From the NCBI GenBank assembly GCA_964016885.1, contig OZ024751.1:16616001-16680000 (forward strand): 64,000 nt of DNA, written 5' to 3'. The notes under the pieces were generated by a model. It was given only the letters and a program-made list of their open reading frames with translations. It was not told the origin of the DNA and ran no database searches. The stretch is from Eledone cirrhosa. Lineage: Eukaryota. Both the position numbers and the translations under genes were made by a program. Of this stretch, positions 27,030-41,202 are shown in pieces; within the stretch, counting starts at the first letter, position 1, and the number at the start of each line of letters is the position of its first letter.

Positions 27030-28518
27030 GATGTATGTATGTATGTATGTATGTATGTATGTATGTATGTATGTATGTATGTATGTATGTATGTATGTGT
27101 GTCTATGTGTGCGTGTGTATTTATTTATGAAAATATGAATATTCACTATCATTGCTTTTCGCAAATTCGACGGTTGATAGTTGAATAATATCAATAATTA
27201 ACCCTCACCCAGCTTATCAATATCCTATATATATGTGTGTGTGTGAGTATGTGTATATGTGTGTCTGCGTGTGTGTGTATGTGTGTATGTGTGTGCGTTC
27301 TTGCGTGTCCGTGTGTGTGTGGGTGCGTGTCCGTGCGTGTCCGTATGTACATACCTAAACTAGTGGTATTTAATTACGATTCAACATTAACTTTCATTTT
27401 TCCAATGTCCATATAATAAAATATGAACGAAGTACTTGGATCGATATGATCTACCATTTCATTCTCTCAAATTTGTGGCCATGAACATAGGCATTAAATT
27501 ATTATTTACCATTGAATTGCTATACTATTTAAATTTAAATTCTTACATTTAGTTGGATAATAGATTTCGTGTAATCGATTTCTTTTGTTTTGGTTGCTAT
27601 TAATGGAAATGACAGAGCTGTCAAAATTTTAAATTACCTTTTTTTTTTTTCGTTTAATGTCTTGTATTTGTGTGTATCATTTGTTGATAACTGCTAAATC
27701 GAATTATTTTTGATTTTAAGCGCATTAAAACACCCAAGCTCCTATCTTTACTCACGTATATTCGATTTGTTATTTTCTATCTGATTTAAATTATTTATCT
27801 CAGCAGGAAAATCCGTTGTAGTTTGAAATTGTAGTCGTATTTGTTTCACCTCGTTCGTTTTCATAGGTTATTGCTTCATTGTACATCAACCAATATTAAA
27901 TGATATCACCATCACTACGGAAGCGTTTTGGCATAGAGGATGATTTATTGGTACTCTGCATATTAAAATTCAGACGTCCGTACGTATCAAGTGAATTTGA
28001 TGTGCAATAGCTTTTGAGACAGTTCAAAGATATAGTATTCGGACCATCATGATTGAGTGTGGTACATACAGGAAATTGATGTTTAGTTTGGAGTTTACAG
28101 CTATTTGATCCCGCTGTTCACTGCAAAATAGCAGTGATAAACCAATGACAAAGTAATGTCACAAGATGGTCTACATTCAACATAACGATTCAACAAAGGA
28201 GAAAATAGTATTACAGAAGAGACAACCTAATATTAAAAACTGAGCTCAATGCCAGTAATAAGATTATAAATACACTAGTCGTTTGAGATTGAGATACACT
28301 AAGTCTAAAGTCTGTCTTAACTCTTTAGCATTTACACTACTCTATATTTACTATTGTATTTTTACAGTAAAGACTTTACCTCACATAATTACCTCACATA
28401 ATATCTCACATAATATTGACTATGAAATTTTGATATTATTTATTTTAATTGCCTTTAAATTTGCCTTTCATCCTTATGGGGTCGATAAAATAAAGTACCA
28501 GTTATACACTGGGATAAT

Positions 28519-31410
28519 TGCGATCTGAGGTCTGCTTTCACCACCTCCACCCATGTTTTTCGTGGTCTTCGTCGACTACGTCTTCCTTCAAATGGCATTT
28601 CTTGGCACTTCTTCACCCATCGGTCATCCTCCATGCGCATCACATGTCCATACCATCGCAGTCTCCTCTCTCGCACACAACAATTTATCCCTCTCAGACA
28701 CAGTTTCTCTCTCAACACATCAATGTTCGGCCGTTCACGCACATTGACATTTCACATCCAACGGAGCATACTTGCCTCATTTCTCTCCAGCCGTCGCATA
28801 TCCTCTGCAGTTGCTGCCCATGTCTCATTACCATGCAACATCGCGCACCTCACACGGGCATCATATAACCGGCCTTTCGTACGCAGGGAGAAACCCTTCT
28901 TCGTCAGTAGAGGAAGCAGCTCCCTAAACTTCTTCCAGCCCGTCCTTATTCTAGATATTATGGCCTCGGAACCCCCCCACCCTCCAATGCTAATCTGATC
29001 ACCTAGGTACCGGAAGCTATCGACCACTTCTATATCACCCTCCTGAATTGGAAAAAATGTGTCTATCAATGCGACTTCTACTATCAAATTTCCCTGTACA
29101 TCTACTGTATACGTATTTCTCCCTACCTGTTAGTTTTCCTGCCATCCCACTACATCTATTGTGTACCCAATATCTGCATTGTGTACATTTTATAGAATTT
29201 ATGCCAGTTCCTTCTCTGCATATCGAACATGGCAATTTCCCTGACGGAATCAGAGTGTTGTCCTCTTTTCTACTCATCAACACTTTTGTCTTAGCTAGGT
29301 TCACTCTCAGTCCTCTTGATTCCACCTGCTGTTTCCATAACCAAAATCTATTCTCCAGCTCCTTTACTAATTCTACTATAAGAACCATCAAAGAGAAGTT
29401 CCCATGGACAGCCAGTCTTAAATTCCTCTGTTATGGCTTGGAGGACTATAATGAACAAGAGAGGGTTGAGGACAGAACCCTGATGTACTACTTTTATCTT
29501 GAATTCTTCACTAAACTCCATTCCTACCCTCACTTTACTGACAGCACCTCTGTACAGAGCTTGCAATTTCATCAGAAGTCATTCCTCAACACCCAGCTTC
29601 ATTAGGGACCAGCAGATGACAGATCGGGGTACACTATCAAAGGCCTTCTCTAGGTCAACAAAAGCTAAGTATAGTGGCTTATCAAATTCTTGTAATTGTC
29701 TCACTAAGAAGAGGGCATCCGTTGAACATTTCGCAGGCACAAAACCAAACTGCATCTCACCTAGTTTGACAATTTCTCTAAATAGTTGCGCTAATATCCT
29801 TTCTGGCACTTTCATGACGCGATCCATCAGTTTTATGCCCCTATAATTGCTCCTCTCCAGAACATCCCCTTTACCTTTGTAGCAATTTATAAGAATACTG
29901 CTGCACTAGTCTTTGGGAATGACACCGCCATATATAGACTGATTGATGATGCGTGCAACCAGTTTAGTGCCTACGTCCCCTGACGCCTTCAGCATCTCAG
30001 CAACTATCCCCGACGGTCCAGCGGCCTTACCATTTTTCATTTCTTTAATCGCTTCTTGGACCCTATATTCGTCAATCTCAATAGCTGGTCTCTCTGTCGG
30101 ATCTACTGGAGGTAATTTCTCTCTCTCCCATTCGTTCTCCACATTCATCAGTCTCTCATAATGATATTTCCCGGTCTCCTTTTTCTGATCATTCGTAACA
30201 CTAAGTACACCGGCATCATTCCGGACACATTTATCTCCAACAACATCCTGATTTGCACTGATACACTGCCTTGCAATCTTCCCGTCGCAGAACATTGGCA
30301 AACCTCCTACTCTCAGCCTCCCTGCGTGCTAAGTACACCTGACGTCTAGCTTCTCTCTTAGCGGCTGTATATCCTTCTCTACTCCCACCATTTTTCCAAG
30401 CATTCCATGCTAGTCTTTTGTCTCTAATGGCTCTATCTACCGTGCTGTTCCACCACCAGGTCACTCTGTGTCTGGTTGGAACTCTGCACCAGCCACAAGT
30501 TTCTTCAGTAGCCTGCAGTAAGTTGTTACGTAAGAAATTCCAGCTATCATCTATGTCATACGACTCTAAATTGTCTTCTTTTTCGTCATACACATCTTGA
30601 AGGGCTTTCCTAAATTTGTATTTTAGTGAAAGGTATTTTAACTTCCAGACCTTTCTTCTCCACACCTTCCTGTATGTCTCATTCCGTCTCTTGCTTACTG
30701 CGATATCACAAACGACCCAGGGTATGCCTTAGTATTTGACACGATCTGTCTGTCCCGCTGCCTAATTAGCAAGAGGTCAATCTGGCTTATGTGCTCGCCT
30801 GATTTGTAGGTTATTAGGTGGTTGGCAGGTTTCTGGAAGTTACTGTTGCAAATTGTTAGTGCACTTGCATCACAAAATTCAAGAAGTCTCACGCCTTCTT
30901 CATTTCTTGAGCTGTAACCGTGCCCACCATGTACCCCAGTGTAACCATCCTGGAGCTGTCCAACATGACCATTGAAGTCCCCTGCAGCATAACGATGTCT
31001 CCGTCCTCTGTCATTGCGGCTGTTTGTAAAAGTTGCTCGTACAAGCAGTCTTTCTCTTCTTTACTTAAGCCTGCCTGGGGAACATAGGCAGAGATGATTG
31101 TCAGTAGTCTCTTGCCTACAACTAATCTAAGCTTAATTATTCTATTACTAACTATAACTACCTCTATTGTCTTCTCGATGCATCTCTCAGCCAGGAAAAT
31201 TCCTACTCCCCCTAACTCATCATCACTACCCGCCCCCAAAAGCTTATAGGTAAGATGTTTGCCGGCAATTAGTCTCGCAGAGGCACCTCTCCATCTCACT
31301 TCTTGCACGCAGCATACATCCGCATGGCTTCTCTCGAACATCTCCACTATTTCTCCAGATCTACCTGTGAGAGTGCCAACATTAAGTGTTGCAACTTTGA
31401 GATGCGACAT
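28519..31410 (-). mobile_element. Near-full-length RTE-clade LINE, inactivated by frameshifts and stops
   Basis: AP endonuclease (TLNVGT, CVQEVRW, SQID), TWWWN, GKAAGPSG, RT (QFGF, FVDLEKAFD, HQGSVLNPLLF, FRYLG) and RRLRWYGHVMR, in order across successive ORFs. Confidence 0.95.
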
Positions 31411-31420
31411 ACATATATAA

Positions 31421-31452
<32 letters not shown>

Positions 31453-31472
31453 GCATATATATATATATCCAT

Positions 31473-31594
<122 letters not shown>

Positions 31595-31824
31595 GTATAT
31601 AATATATATATACATACATGTAGAGGTTATATTTAATTTGTTAGGATACAACAAGCAAAATATTTTTATAACTGATACAAAGCACTCAACAAATTGTTGG
31701 AGTAAATATACAATATATTAACTAATGGAAACTATATTTATAAAACTATCCAGGAGATTCCAACCAGAATGGTTGCATTTCTTCAGGGTATGTCAATATT
31801 TATTTATAAAACTAACCTATATTA

Positions 31825-31890
31825 TATTTTATCTGATGAAAGCGCACCATAATTTGCCTTGGTGGCCCTTGAAATATGTATAATGAATTA
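31825..31890 (+). ncRNA. Type I hammerhead motif (family D)
   Basis: TATTTTAT-CTGATGA-AAGCGCACCA...TGGTGGCCCTT-GAAA-TATGTA-TA-ATGAATTA. Stem II TACCA/TGGTA has become CACCA/TGGTG, a compensatory change. Confidence 0.75.
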
Positions 31891-31962
31891 AATATGGTTT
31901 TATAAATATAGTTTCCATTTGTTAATATATTGTATATATACATACATATATGTACATGCATA

Positions 31963-31994
<32 letters not shown>

Positions 31995-32589
31995 CACATA
32001 CATATATACACATATATATATATATACATATATATACATACATATATATACATAGACATACATATCCATACATATATATATATACATACATATATATATA
32101 TATACACATATATATATACACATACATATATACACACATATATATACACACATATATATATATACATATATACATACATATATACATACATACATATATA
32201 TACATACATATACATATATATATATATACATATACACATACATATACATATATACATGCATAAATATATATGCAAGTAAGTGTATTTGATTTCATGTATA
32301 CTTTTCGTTAAATATTACGTGTAAACATGTGTGTTAAGTTTCAAAATATACGTGTACACATGTGTGTTAAGTTTAAAAATATACGTGTACACATGTGTGT
32401 TAAGTTTCAAAATATACCTGTAAAATATATACAAAGACACCTGAACAGGTCACCTTAGCTCTATAACTATATTAAGATCACGGTGACTAGAAATATGTTA
32501 CTAATGATGATGATGATGATGATGGTGTTGATGATGATGATGATGATGATGATGAAAATATAGTTTCTGATTATTAAGCTAATGGCGAC

Positions 32590-33425
32590 GATAATAATTG
32601 TTTCTACTTTTGGCACCAGGCCAGCAATTATCCCAGTGCATTACTGGTACTTTATTTTATCGACCCCGTAAGGATGAAAGGCAAAGTTAACCTCGGCGGG
32701 ATTTGAACTCAGATCATAAAGGGAGGTAACTCTATGCTTCAAAGCATGGCGCCCGACCCTAATTTCTAACATTCTTATAATAATAATTGTTTCTACATTC
32801 TTATAATAATAATAATAATAATCGTTTCTACTATTGGCACAAGGCCAGAAATTACCCAGTACATTACTGGTACTTTATTTTATCGACCCCGTAAGGATGA
32901 AAGGCAAAGTTAACCTCGGCGGGATTTGAATTCAGAATGGCAAGGGCCGTAACTCTATGCGTCAAAGCATGGCGTCCGATCCTCTACCGATACTGCCAAT
33001 CCACCGCCAATCCACCAATAATAATAATAATAATAATTGTTTCTACTTTTGGGACAAGACCAGCAATTAATCAGTACATTACTGGTACTTTATTTTATCG
33101 ACCCGACCCCGTAAGGATGAAAGGCAAGGTTAACCTCAGCGGGATTTGAACTCAGTCCGTAAAGGGACGTAACTCTATGCTGGAAAGCATGGCGTCCGAC
33201 CCTTTAACGATACTGCCATAATGTTTTCTAGTATAGGTGCAAGGCCAGCAATTTGGTTGAGAGGAGAATGTCGATTAAATCGACCCCAGTACGTTACTGA
33301 TATTTTATTTTATCGACATCGTAAGGATGAAAGGCAAAACTAACCTCGGTGGGATAAGAACGCAGAACGTAAAGGGACGTAACTCTATGCCATGAAGCAT
33401 GCTGTCCGACGCTCTCCCGATTCGG
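32590..33425 (-). mobile_element. Four head-to-tail copies of the tRNA-derived Meta-type SINE
   Basis: Repeated TTGTTTCTACT...GGCCAGCAATT...TTTATCGACCCCGTAAGGATGAAAGGCAAAGTTAACCTCGGCGGGATTTGAACTC, mostly separated by (TAA)n. Confidence 0.9.
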
Positions 33426-33439
33426 TAATGATAATAATA

Positions 33440-33950
33440 ATATGTTTTTCCTTAAGTAAGTTTTCTCTAGCATTCGGTTGTTATGAGCAGAGTGTTAATG
33501 GTCTCCGATCAGAACCAGATCAATATATCGGGTAGGATATTCTGGCAGTGCCTATGCTGGTAGAATTTCGGGCACTGCCTATGAAGTTGAGTATCCTGAG
33601 GCTTTGCAGAAAGAAGTAAGACGCTTAGGGATCGTGCCTAATGCTCCAATGACGATTGGCGCGACGTCTGCCTCAAGAAGAATAATAAGCAGTTAACAAA
33701 AGGCTGGGTACATGGCTTAGTTAGTAAAACTTTCGGCGCATGGTTGGAGAAGCTAGGAATAACCATCGAGACGGGAGTGTTGCAGCAAAGAGACTTGCTA
33801 ACAACACCAAACATTCTAAGAAGGGTGTTGAGGCGATGAAGGCGAAGGAATGACTCAAAGGACCTTTAACCATTGGTTATGGCTCGCCCTTTTGCTCTAT
33901 TGTAGGCATAACATCTGCCAGATCAAAAGTTTTACGAATGATAATAATAA
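33440..33950. mobile_element. Two short R4/Dong-type 3' ends, back to back
   Basis: Minus strand at about 33540-33660 gives PIVIGALGTIP and, after a frameshift, IGTARI. Plus strand at about 33712-33840 gives GLVSKTFGAWLEKLGI...LQQ..LL...ILRRVL followed by (TAA)n. Confidence 0.65.
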
Positions 33951-34124
33951 TGATTATTTCTCCTTTTGATACAAGGTCAGCAATTACCCCAGTACATTAC
34001 TGGTGCTTTATTTTATCGACTCCGTAAGGATGAAAGGCAAAGTTAATCTCGGGAGGAATTTTTTTTATTAAACAGAAATGCTTTATATGAAGAAAATATT
34101 TAGGACGACACATGACATAGCATC

Positions 34125-34247
<123 letters not shown>

Positions 34248-35201
34248 TGTGCGTGTGTGTGCGTGTGTGTGTGCGTGCATGTTTGTGAGAGTGAGAGAGA
34301 GTATGTTTTTTTTCCATGTAAACAGGTATAACGAAAATAAAAGTGAGACAACAATAAAATTATAACAATGAGTATTCTTCAATAGAGAAGAGACTCCTGA
34401 GGGGTACTGCACATAATAATGGGTGAATGTAACAAACTTTACGAGATTTCTTTGGTTATACAGCGTAGGGACTCCCTAAAATTCACGGGAGCAGGAAGGG
34501 CTTCAAAACCTTGCCCGGCAATCCGCTTAGACAAAGGAAAATTCCGTAATGCAAAATCATAATCGCGCCGAAGATGATACTTTACAGGAAGTGGTGACAC
34601 CTGTCAGAAAACCTCTTGTGAGGGTAAATATAGCTGGGCAATCTAATACTAGTGTGTGTCATTCGTGGGAGAAGTATGGAGGATATTGATTAAAATTATA
34701 CCATATCTATCTTCTAGAGCAACATTAACTCTTTAGATAATGCTTCAGTATTATCTATAGTATCTTTGTGAGAAGATACTGGTATGATTAGAGATCATGT
34801 ACTACACAGTGTCAAACACCTTAACATAGGCTATAGTTGGAATGGAGATGAACGATATCAATTAACATAGATTGAAGCAGAAGGGAAGCTTAAAGGACAT
34901 GGTGTTAGGAAAAGATTGAGTGGGAGATGGAATGTTGACAACCCATATGACACGAAAAGGTCAGCACTGAATTTATGTGACAATGAAAGAAGATTTATAG
35001 ATATAAATGATACCATTTCACATTCGATTTTACAACCCTCCTCTGCTTACCTACGTTTCATATTCCACAATGCTTCAAGCAAGTTCCAACACTTACTATT
35101 ATATATATATATATACATACATACATACACACGCATATATATATAATGTGTGTGTGTTAATATCTGAATATACACACACACATACGCATAAACACACACA
35201 T

Positions 35202-35305
<104 letters not shown>

Positions 35306-37166
35306 AATAACGTACGCTTCCACCATAATTGTCTTGTAGATAAATTATGCTATGATATTTCCAGTCTACATAAAGCGTGTGTAATTGTATAAAGAGACAC
35401 TGATATAATTTGTAAACTTTCTACATATTAATATCTTTCAATGTTCGACGCTTTTATTGCGCCATAACAAGTAAATTACCTCAACACCATAATTTAACCT
35501 ACTGCACTACACATTCTTGTAAGAGAGAGGAAATCCTTCCTTATTCTTTCATTTGATCTTATTTCATATCTATAATGGCAATATGAGATGAGAGAATATT
35601 TTTCATTGATTCGAGGGTTTTTGGCGAGAGATTCAGGCACATTTCTTTGTACGGGTAAACAAAATTGATTCGTTGTCACAATCGTGTTTCTGTTCGATAT
35701 TTTGAGCTTCTGGCCAGACGTTCCGAAGGAAAGTTTAGATCATTTTTGAGGTTTTTAAAATGCAATGATTGCGTTTCCTTTCTATCTTGCAGTGAACTTA
35801 TTTGATAAAGAATGCGGGCACTGGATTAGCAGTATCAATATAAAGGGTCGGACAAAAGGCTTCACAGCATTTAGCTATAACTTTCTATGTTCTGAGTTCA
35901 AATCTCACAGACTTCAATTTTGCCTTTCGTTATTCCGGGGTCGATAAAATAAAGTCCTACTAAAATACTGGGGTCAATGTAATCCATTTTCCCCTCCCCA
36001 CAAAATAAATGACTAGCCCTTTGTCGATATTAGAAACATTTAGTTGATAAGGAATGAGATCGGTTTGTGAAAAACGCATGGCTTAGAGGTTGTTTCGGCT
36101 ATTTGGTTCATGATCATACCACCTGGAGCTCGATTCGTGACAGTTCCTTGTGTCCTTGCGTAAAAAAATAGAAAGGAAAGACTTCACGTTAGTGGATGAA
36201 TATGTTTTCGAACAACTGAAACGCCCACTCATCGTCTGAACCCCCCAAGATCCAATAACTTTGATAATTAGCTTTGATAATTAGCTTTGTTTTATGAGTT
36301 TTCTGTTAAATTTTTAGTTAATATCTGTTGAAAAGAATTTCCCTACAGACTATCTTTCTTAACTATGATTGTCTCTTCTAGATGTGTCGATTGTTAATAC
36401 GGAAGCCTAATTTCCGTTTTAGATCCTTCTTCTACTTAATAGCCCTGATTCCGTTATCAGATGAAAGTATTCTTCCCTTCTGAGAAATTGAGAAATATTG
36501 ATTTCCTATAGACAGCAAGAAAAGAGGGTGATCGAGTTTAAAACGGAACTTTATCTTCCATTTAATTACATTAAATATTATAAGTAATTAAAATAAATCT
36601 TAATGAAAAGAATATTTACACTTAAAACTTAAGAAAAGATAAACAATAAAATAGGACAAAGAAGGCAACAATTTAAGACTAGAGATTTGAAACCTCGTTA
36701 TTTCGAATACAGCATATACACACATACGAACATACAGATATACATATATATGCATACACAGAAGTGTGTATATGTATATGACAGTGTATATATATATATG
36801 TTATATATGAATAAACATGCATTTACACTCACACACACACACACTCACATATATATATATATACATAGATGTATACATACACACACACACACACATTCAC
36901 ATATACATACATATATATATATATGTATATACTCACACACAGCTATACATAAACCCCTATATATATATAATTGTTTCTACTTTAGGCACAAGGCCAGCAA
37001 TTACCCAGTACATTACTGTTACTTTATTTTATCGACCCCGTAAGGATGAAAGGCAAAGTTAACCCCTATATATATAATGTATATTTGTGTAGGTATATAT
37101 ATTGTCGACTAGAATGCACCCCCTACACACACACATATATATATATGTATATATATATATATATGT

Positions 37167-37962
37167 AACGGTTTCTATAACTGTCTAGGTATTTTCAGGC
37201 AGTTGACCAATACAGGTTTGTTATTATTTTTCTTAATTTACTCCTTTAAATTAAGTGTGGCAAACCATATTGTTATAGTTAGTATTTTTCACCCTAGCAA
37301 AACTGGTCCTTTACAATTCGAACACATGTATGTTTATATTAGTGTTATCTCTCCTGTATATTCAATTATATTACACGGCTCAGAAAAACTTCTTTCTTAG
37401 AGCTATTTAATTGTAAGAGACTATTTTGAGTTTCTAATTCAGTATATGATTGTCGGCTCCATCACTTTGAGCTAATTTTAATGTCATGTTAACCAGGCTG
37501 CTATTTTTAGCAGCATAGGTTTTCGTGACAAGCTAGGCCCCGAAGACATGTGCGTTATTTCATATCGCACACAATTCAGTCTTCTAATATTTTTTAGAAG
37601 TGGTAGGATCACTAATTTTTACACCTACTGATGAACAGAGTTTTGGTGATGCTTCCGCTTAATAATAATTATTGCAAAACAGTTTCTATAACTGTCTAGG
37701 TGTTTTCAGGCAGTTGACCAATATAGGTTTGTTATTCTTTTTCTTAATTTACTACTTTAGATTAAGTCTGGCAAACCATATTGTTATAGTTAGTATTTTT
37801 TCACCCTAGCAAAACTGGTCCTTTACAATTCGAACACATGTATGTTTATATTTGTGTTTATCTCTCCTGTATATTCAACCATATTACACGGCTCAGAAAA
37901 ACTTCTTTCGTAGAGCTATTTAATTGTAAGAGACTATTTTGAGTTTCTAACTCAGTATATGA
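37167..37962 (+). mobile_element. Hammerhead-delimited partial tandem repeat, period 511 nt (Penelope terminal repeat or retrozyme-like)
   Basis: 37167-37450 is repeated at 37678-37962. Both copies start at hammerhead stem III, and both ends abut TA-rich microsatellite. Confidence 0.75.
37621..37703 (+). ncRNA. Type I hammerhead motif, G12A-mutated
   Basis: ACACCTA-CTGATGA-ACAG...TTGC-AAAA-CAGTT tctat AACTG-TC-TAGGTGT. Perfect 7-bp stem I, 6-bp stem III, GUC triplet. Confidence 0.75.
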
Positions 37963-38319
37963 TATATATGTAATATATATATTTATGTATATATACACAT
38001 GTTGACATTATGCATATGCATATACATGCAAATGTGTATGTGTTTGTGGATGCGTGTGTGATTGTGTGCGCATGTGTGTGCGTGTGTATGCTTAATGTTT
38101 CATAGTCGTTCCAAAGTATGTCTCGCTTTTATACATTCTAGTATTTATACATTCGCTTTTACACATTCTAGCTAATTGAACGCCTACGAGCCACAGAGAG
38201 AATCATCAGCTTCGAACGAATACATATATTGAAAACAAATGGCTGTCCTGCAGATTGATAATAAATTCATCTTGAAGAACTTTGCAGTTACTAGTATACA
38301 GAGCCATTCGCACGCTCTT

Positions 38320-38413
<94 letters not shown>

Positions 38414-38609
38414 TCTACACATACAGTAATGTATGTATGGACCTGTAACAGCTGAAGCAGTCGCAGGGGCGGCGTTTTGACATATGTCCTATCTTGGGCA
38501 TTTTAAATAAACTCGATGGAGAGCATCTTATCTCTTGGTCAGAACACAGTCAGAGATAGATAGATACATACATTGACTGAGAGAGATAGAGATAGAGATA
38601 GAGATAGAT

Positions 38610-38900
38610 ATCTTTCTTTATTTGTCAAATGGGACATTACAAGACGTGACGGCGGGGGTTTTACATAAAAATAACTTTGACATTAATAAAGAACAATAAA
38701 CTATAAATAATAAAATAACAATTGAAATCCCCAATAGGGGGAACGTTACTGCAGGGTCGTTTTACACCCCGTGGATAGAACAACCCTCAACACCAAGAAC
38801 ACATTTTCTAGGTGTTCCTGTCTTCCCTCTTTTTATCTTCCTCAACCTACAGGTTTATATACAGAGAAGGTTCATTCACTCGGGCCATTTTTGTCACATA
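38610..38900 (-). mobile_element. Probable LINE 3' end (L1/Tx1-like) in (GATA)n
   Basis: On the minus strand a short reading VTKMARVNEPSL is followed by a UTR ending AATAAAGAAAG, between GA/GATA repeats. The clade call is tentative. Confidence 0.4.
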
Positions 38901-40256
38901 GATAGAGAGGGAGATAGATAGAGACAGGGAGAGAGGGCGTGACAAAAGGATATAGGGGGATAATCAACCCAGTACTGGATGGAAGGTTCCATTTATGGAC
39001 TTTGAAAAGGATGAGAGGCAAAGTTAACCTCAGCTGAATTTGAATTCATAGAGCGCAGACAGCTGGGACCAATAAGTATGCATATGTGTTTGTATGATGC
39101 CGTAACTCCTGATAAGGTCTTAGGGGTGCCTTGAATTTATTGACATACGGCGTTTCTTGGGCAATTTAAGCCTGGTGGAGCCCATCCCTCTCCAGGCCAC
39201 AGTACAGCATATTTCTTCAAGAGAAAGATAGTAAGTGAGAGTGAAATAATGAGAAAGATATATAGATGAAGGATAGACCCCAGTACGAGACTTGTACTTT
39301 TTTTACCGACCTCGAAAGACAAAGTTGACCTCGGTGGGATTTGAATTCAGAGGTTCTAACGACTCTACCAATTCACCGTCTGGAGCCAATATAACAAAGC
39401 CTTTTATCTGACGCTCTAACCATTCCGGTACTTCATTAATTCATGAAGTACCATTCCGGTACTTCAGCGCCTATCATTACTATGAATAAAAAAAAAAAAG
39501 AAAGAAAACTAGCTTCATAACTACATAACAAATTCATCAATGCCGGCATCCTTCTCTTTTTTCCTTCCTATTTTATCTACTTCCTAAAACTCTCATCCCC
39601 AACCGATGTTTCCATCCCATGTGAGAATCCCCTCTGCGGTCGTTTTCCAACAAAATCCCAATCTGAACATTGACGACGCCAATTTCATTTCTTTAAATAG
39701 TCTGAAAATCCTATGGATATCAATATTTTTGTTCTGATTTAATAAATCTTTCTACCATAAGCACAAGGCCAGCAATTTGGAGGAAAGAACAATTTGATTT
39801 GATAAAGCTAAGTACTTGAATGTTGTTTTAGTTTATCGATCCCGGAAGGTTGAAAAGTAACGTTGGCCTTTGTCGGATTTCAACTCAAAATACAAAGAGC
39901 CGAAACAAATATCGTAAAGCATTTGTCCGAAACCCTAACAATTTTACCAATCCACAATATATATATATATATATGGAATAGAATGAAACGAAATTTCATT
40001 TCTCACTCTTGGTACGGCAGTTACTTAAATGTAAGTATGTATGTATACGTACATACATATATGTATACAGACGTACAGTAGTATGTATATATATACATAC
40101 ATGCACACTGTACGGCATAATTCGGGCTGTTTGTTTGTTTACAAACAAACCGAACATTATAATAAATGTTCGGTAAACCGATACGTGCATATATATATGT
40201 GCATGTATATATATATACATACTACTGTACGTCTGTATACATATATGTATGTACGT

Positions 40257-40330
<74 letters not shown>

Positions 40331-40332
<2 letters not shown>

Positions 40333-40838
40333 TCATCATCATCAGGTCGAGCTTGGTCGGCTTTCTACGACACGTTTCCTACATCCATCTCTGTCTCTCA
40401 TAGCATTTGCCACATCTTCCGCAGTGCATCCAGTATCGTCCTCAAGCTGCTTGACGTATGTCTTCTTGGGACGACCAGCGTTTCTTGATCCATGAAATGG
40501 ACTCCATAACAACACATCACCTGCTATTTCTTCCTTGCTGCGCCAACAGTGGCCAGCAAATCTGAGTCTCTGTCCACGTATTGACCTGCTGTTAGGTGGT
40601 ATATTGCCATAGAGATCCTTATTTGTTGGGTGTTCCCTCCAAGACACGTTTAAAGCAGCGCGGAGCATACGTGTGTATGCCCCGTCTAGCTTTTTCTCCA
40701 GTTTCGACGTTAGCGTCAAAGTGATAGAGCCATAAACAAGCACAGACTCCACAGCAGCTCTGAAGAAATTCCTTTTCAGTTTAGCCGGCAGGTTTGATTT
40801 CCATATATTTCCATTGCATTCAATGCACCCCAGGCTTT

Positions 40839-40842
<4 letters not shown>
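40331..40842 (-). mobile_element. RTE-like LINE 3' fragment (second family) with (GAT)n tail
   Basis: VESVLVYG...LDGAYTRMLRAALNVSW...RLRFAGHCWR...GRPKKTY. Confidence 0.85.
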
Positions 40843-40905
<63 letters not shown>

Positions 40906-40916
40906 TAACAGATTAA

Positions 40917-40967
40917 AGTTTAAGCAAATAATCGCTGCTTTCACCCCTAACGGGATCTTCTGAAACT
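40917..40967 (-). ncRNA. Hammerhead-like motif, U4A variant (family B)
   Basis: Minus strand: AGTTT-CAGAAGA-TCCC gttag GGGT-GAAA-GCAG cgattat TTGC-TT-AAACT. Confidence 0.55.
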
Positions 40968-41105
40968 AAAGGTGAAAGCAGCGATTCTTTGCTTAAACTC
41001 TAATCTGTTATTTTAATAAATATTTGCTCTACGGTTCTTATATATTTGATGTATATTTATCCTTATCGAGACCTCTTTGGATTTTAGTCTTCACATTTTT
41101 ATTAT

Positions 41106-41202
<97 letters not shown>

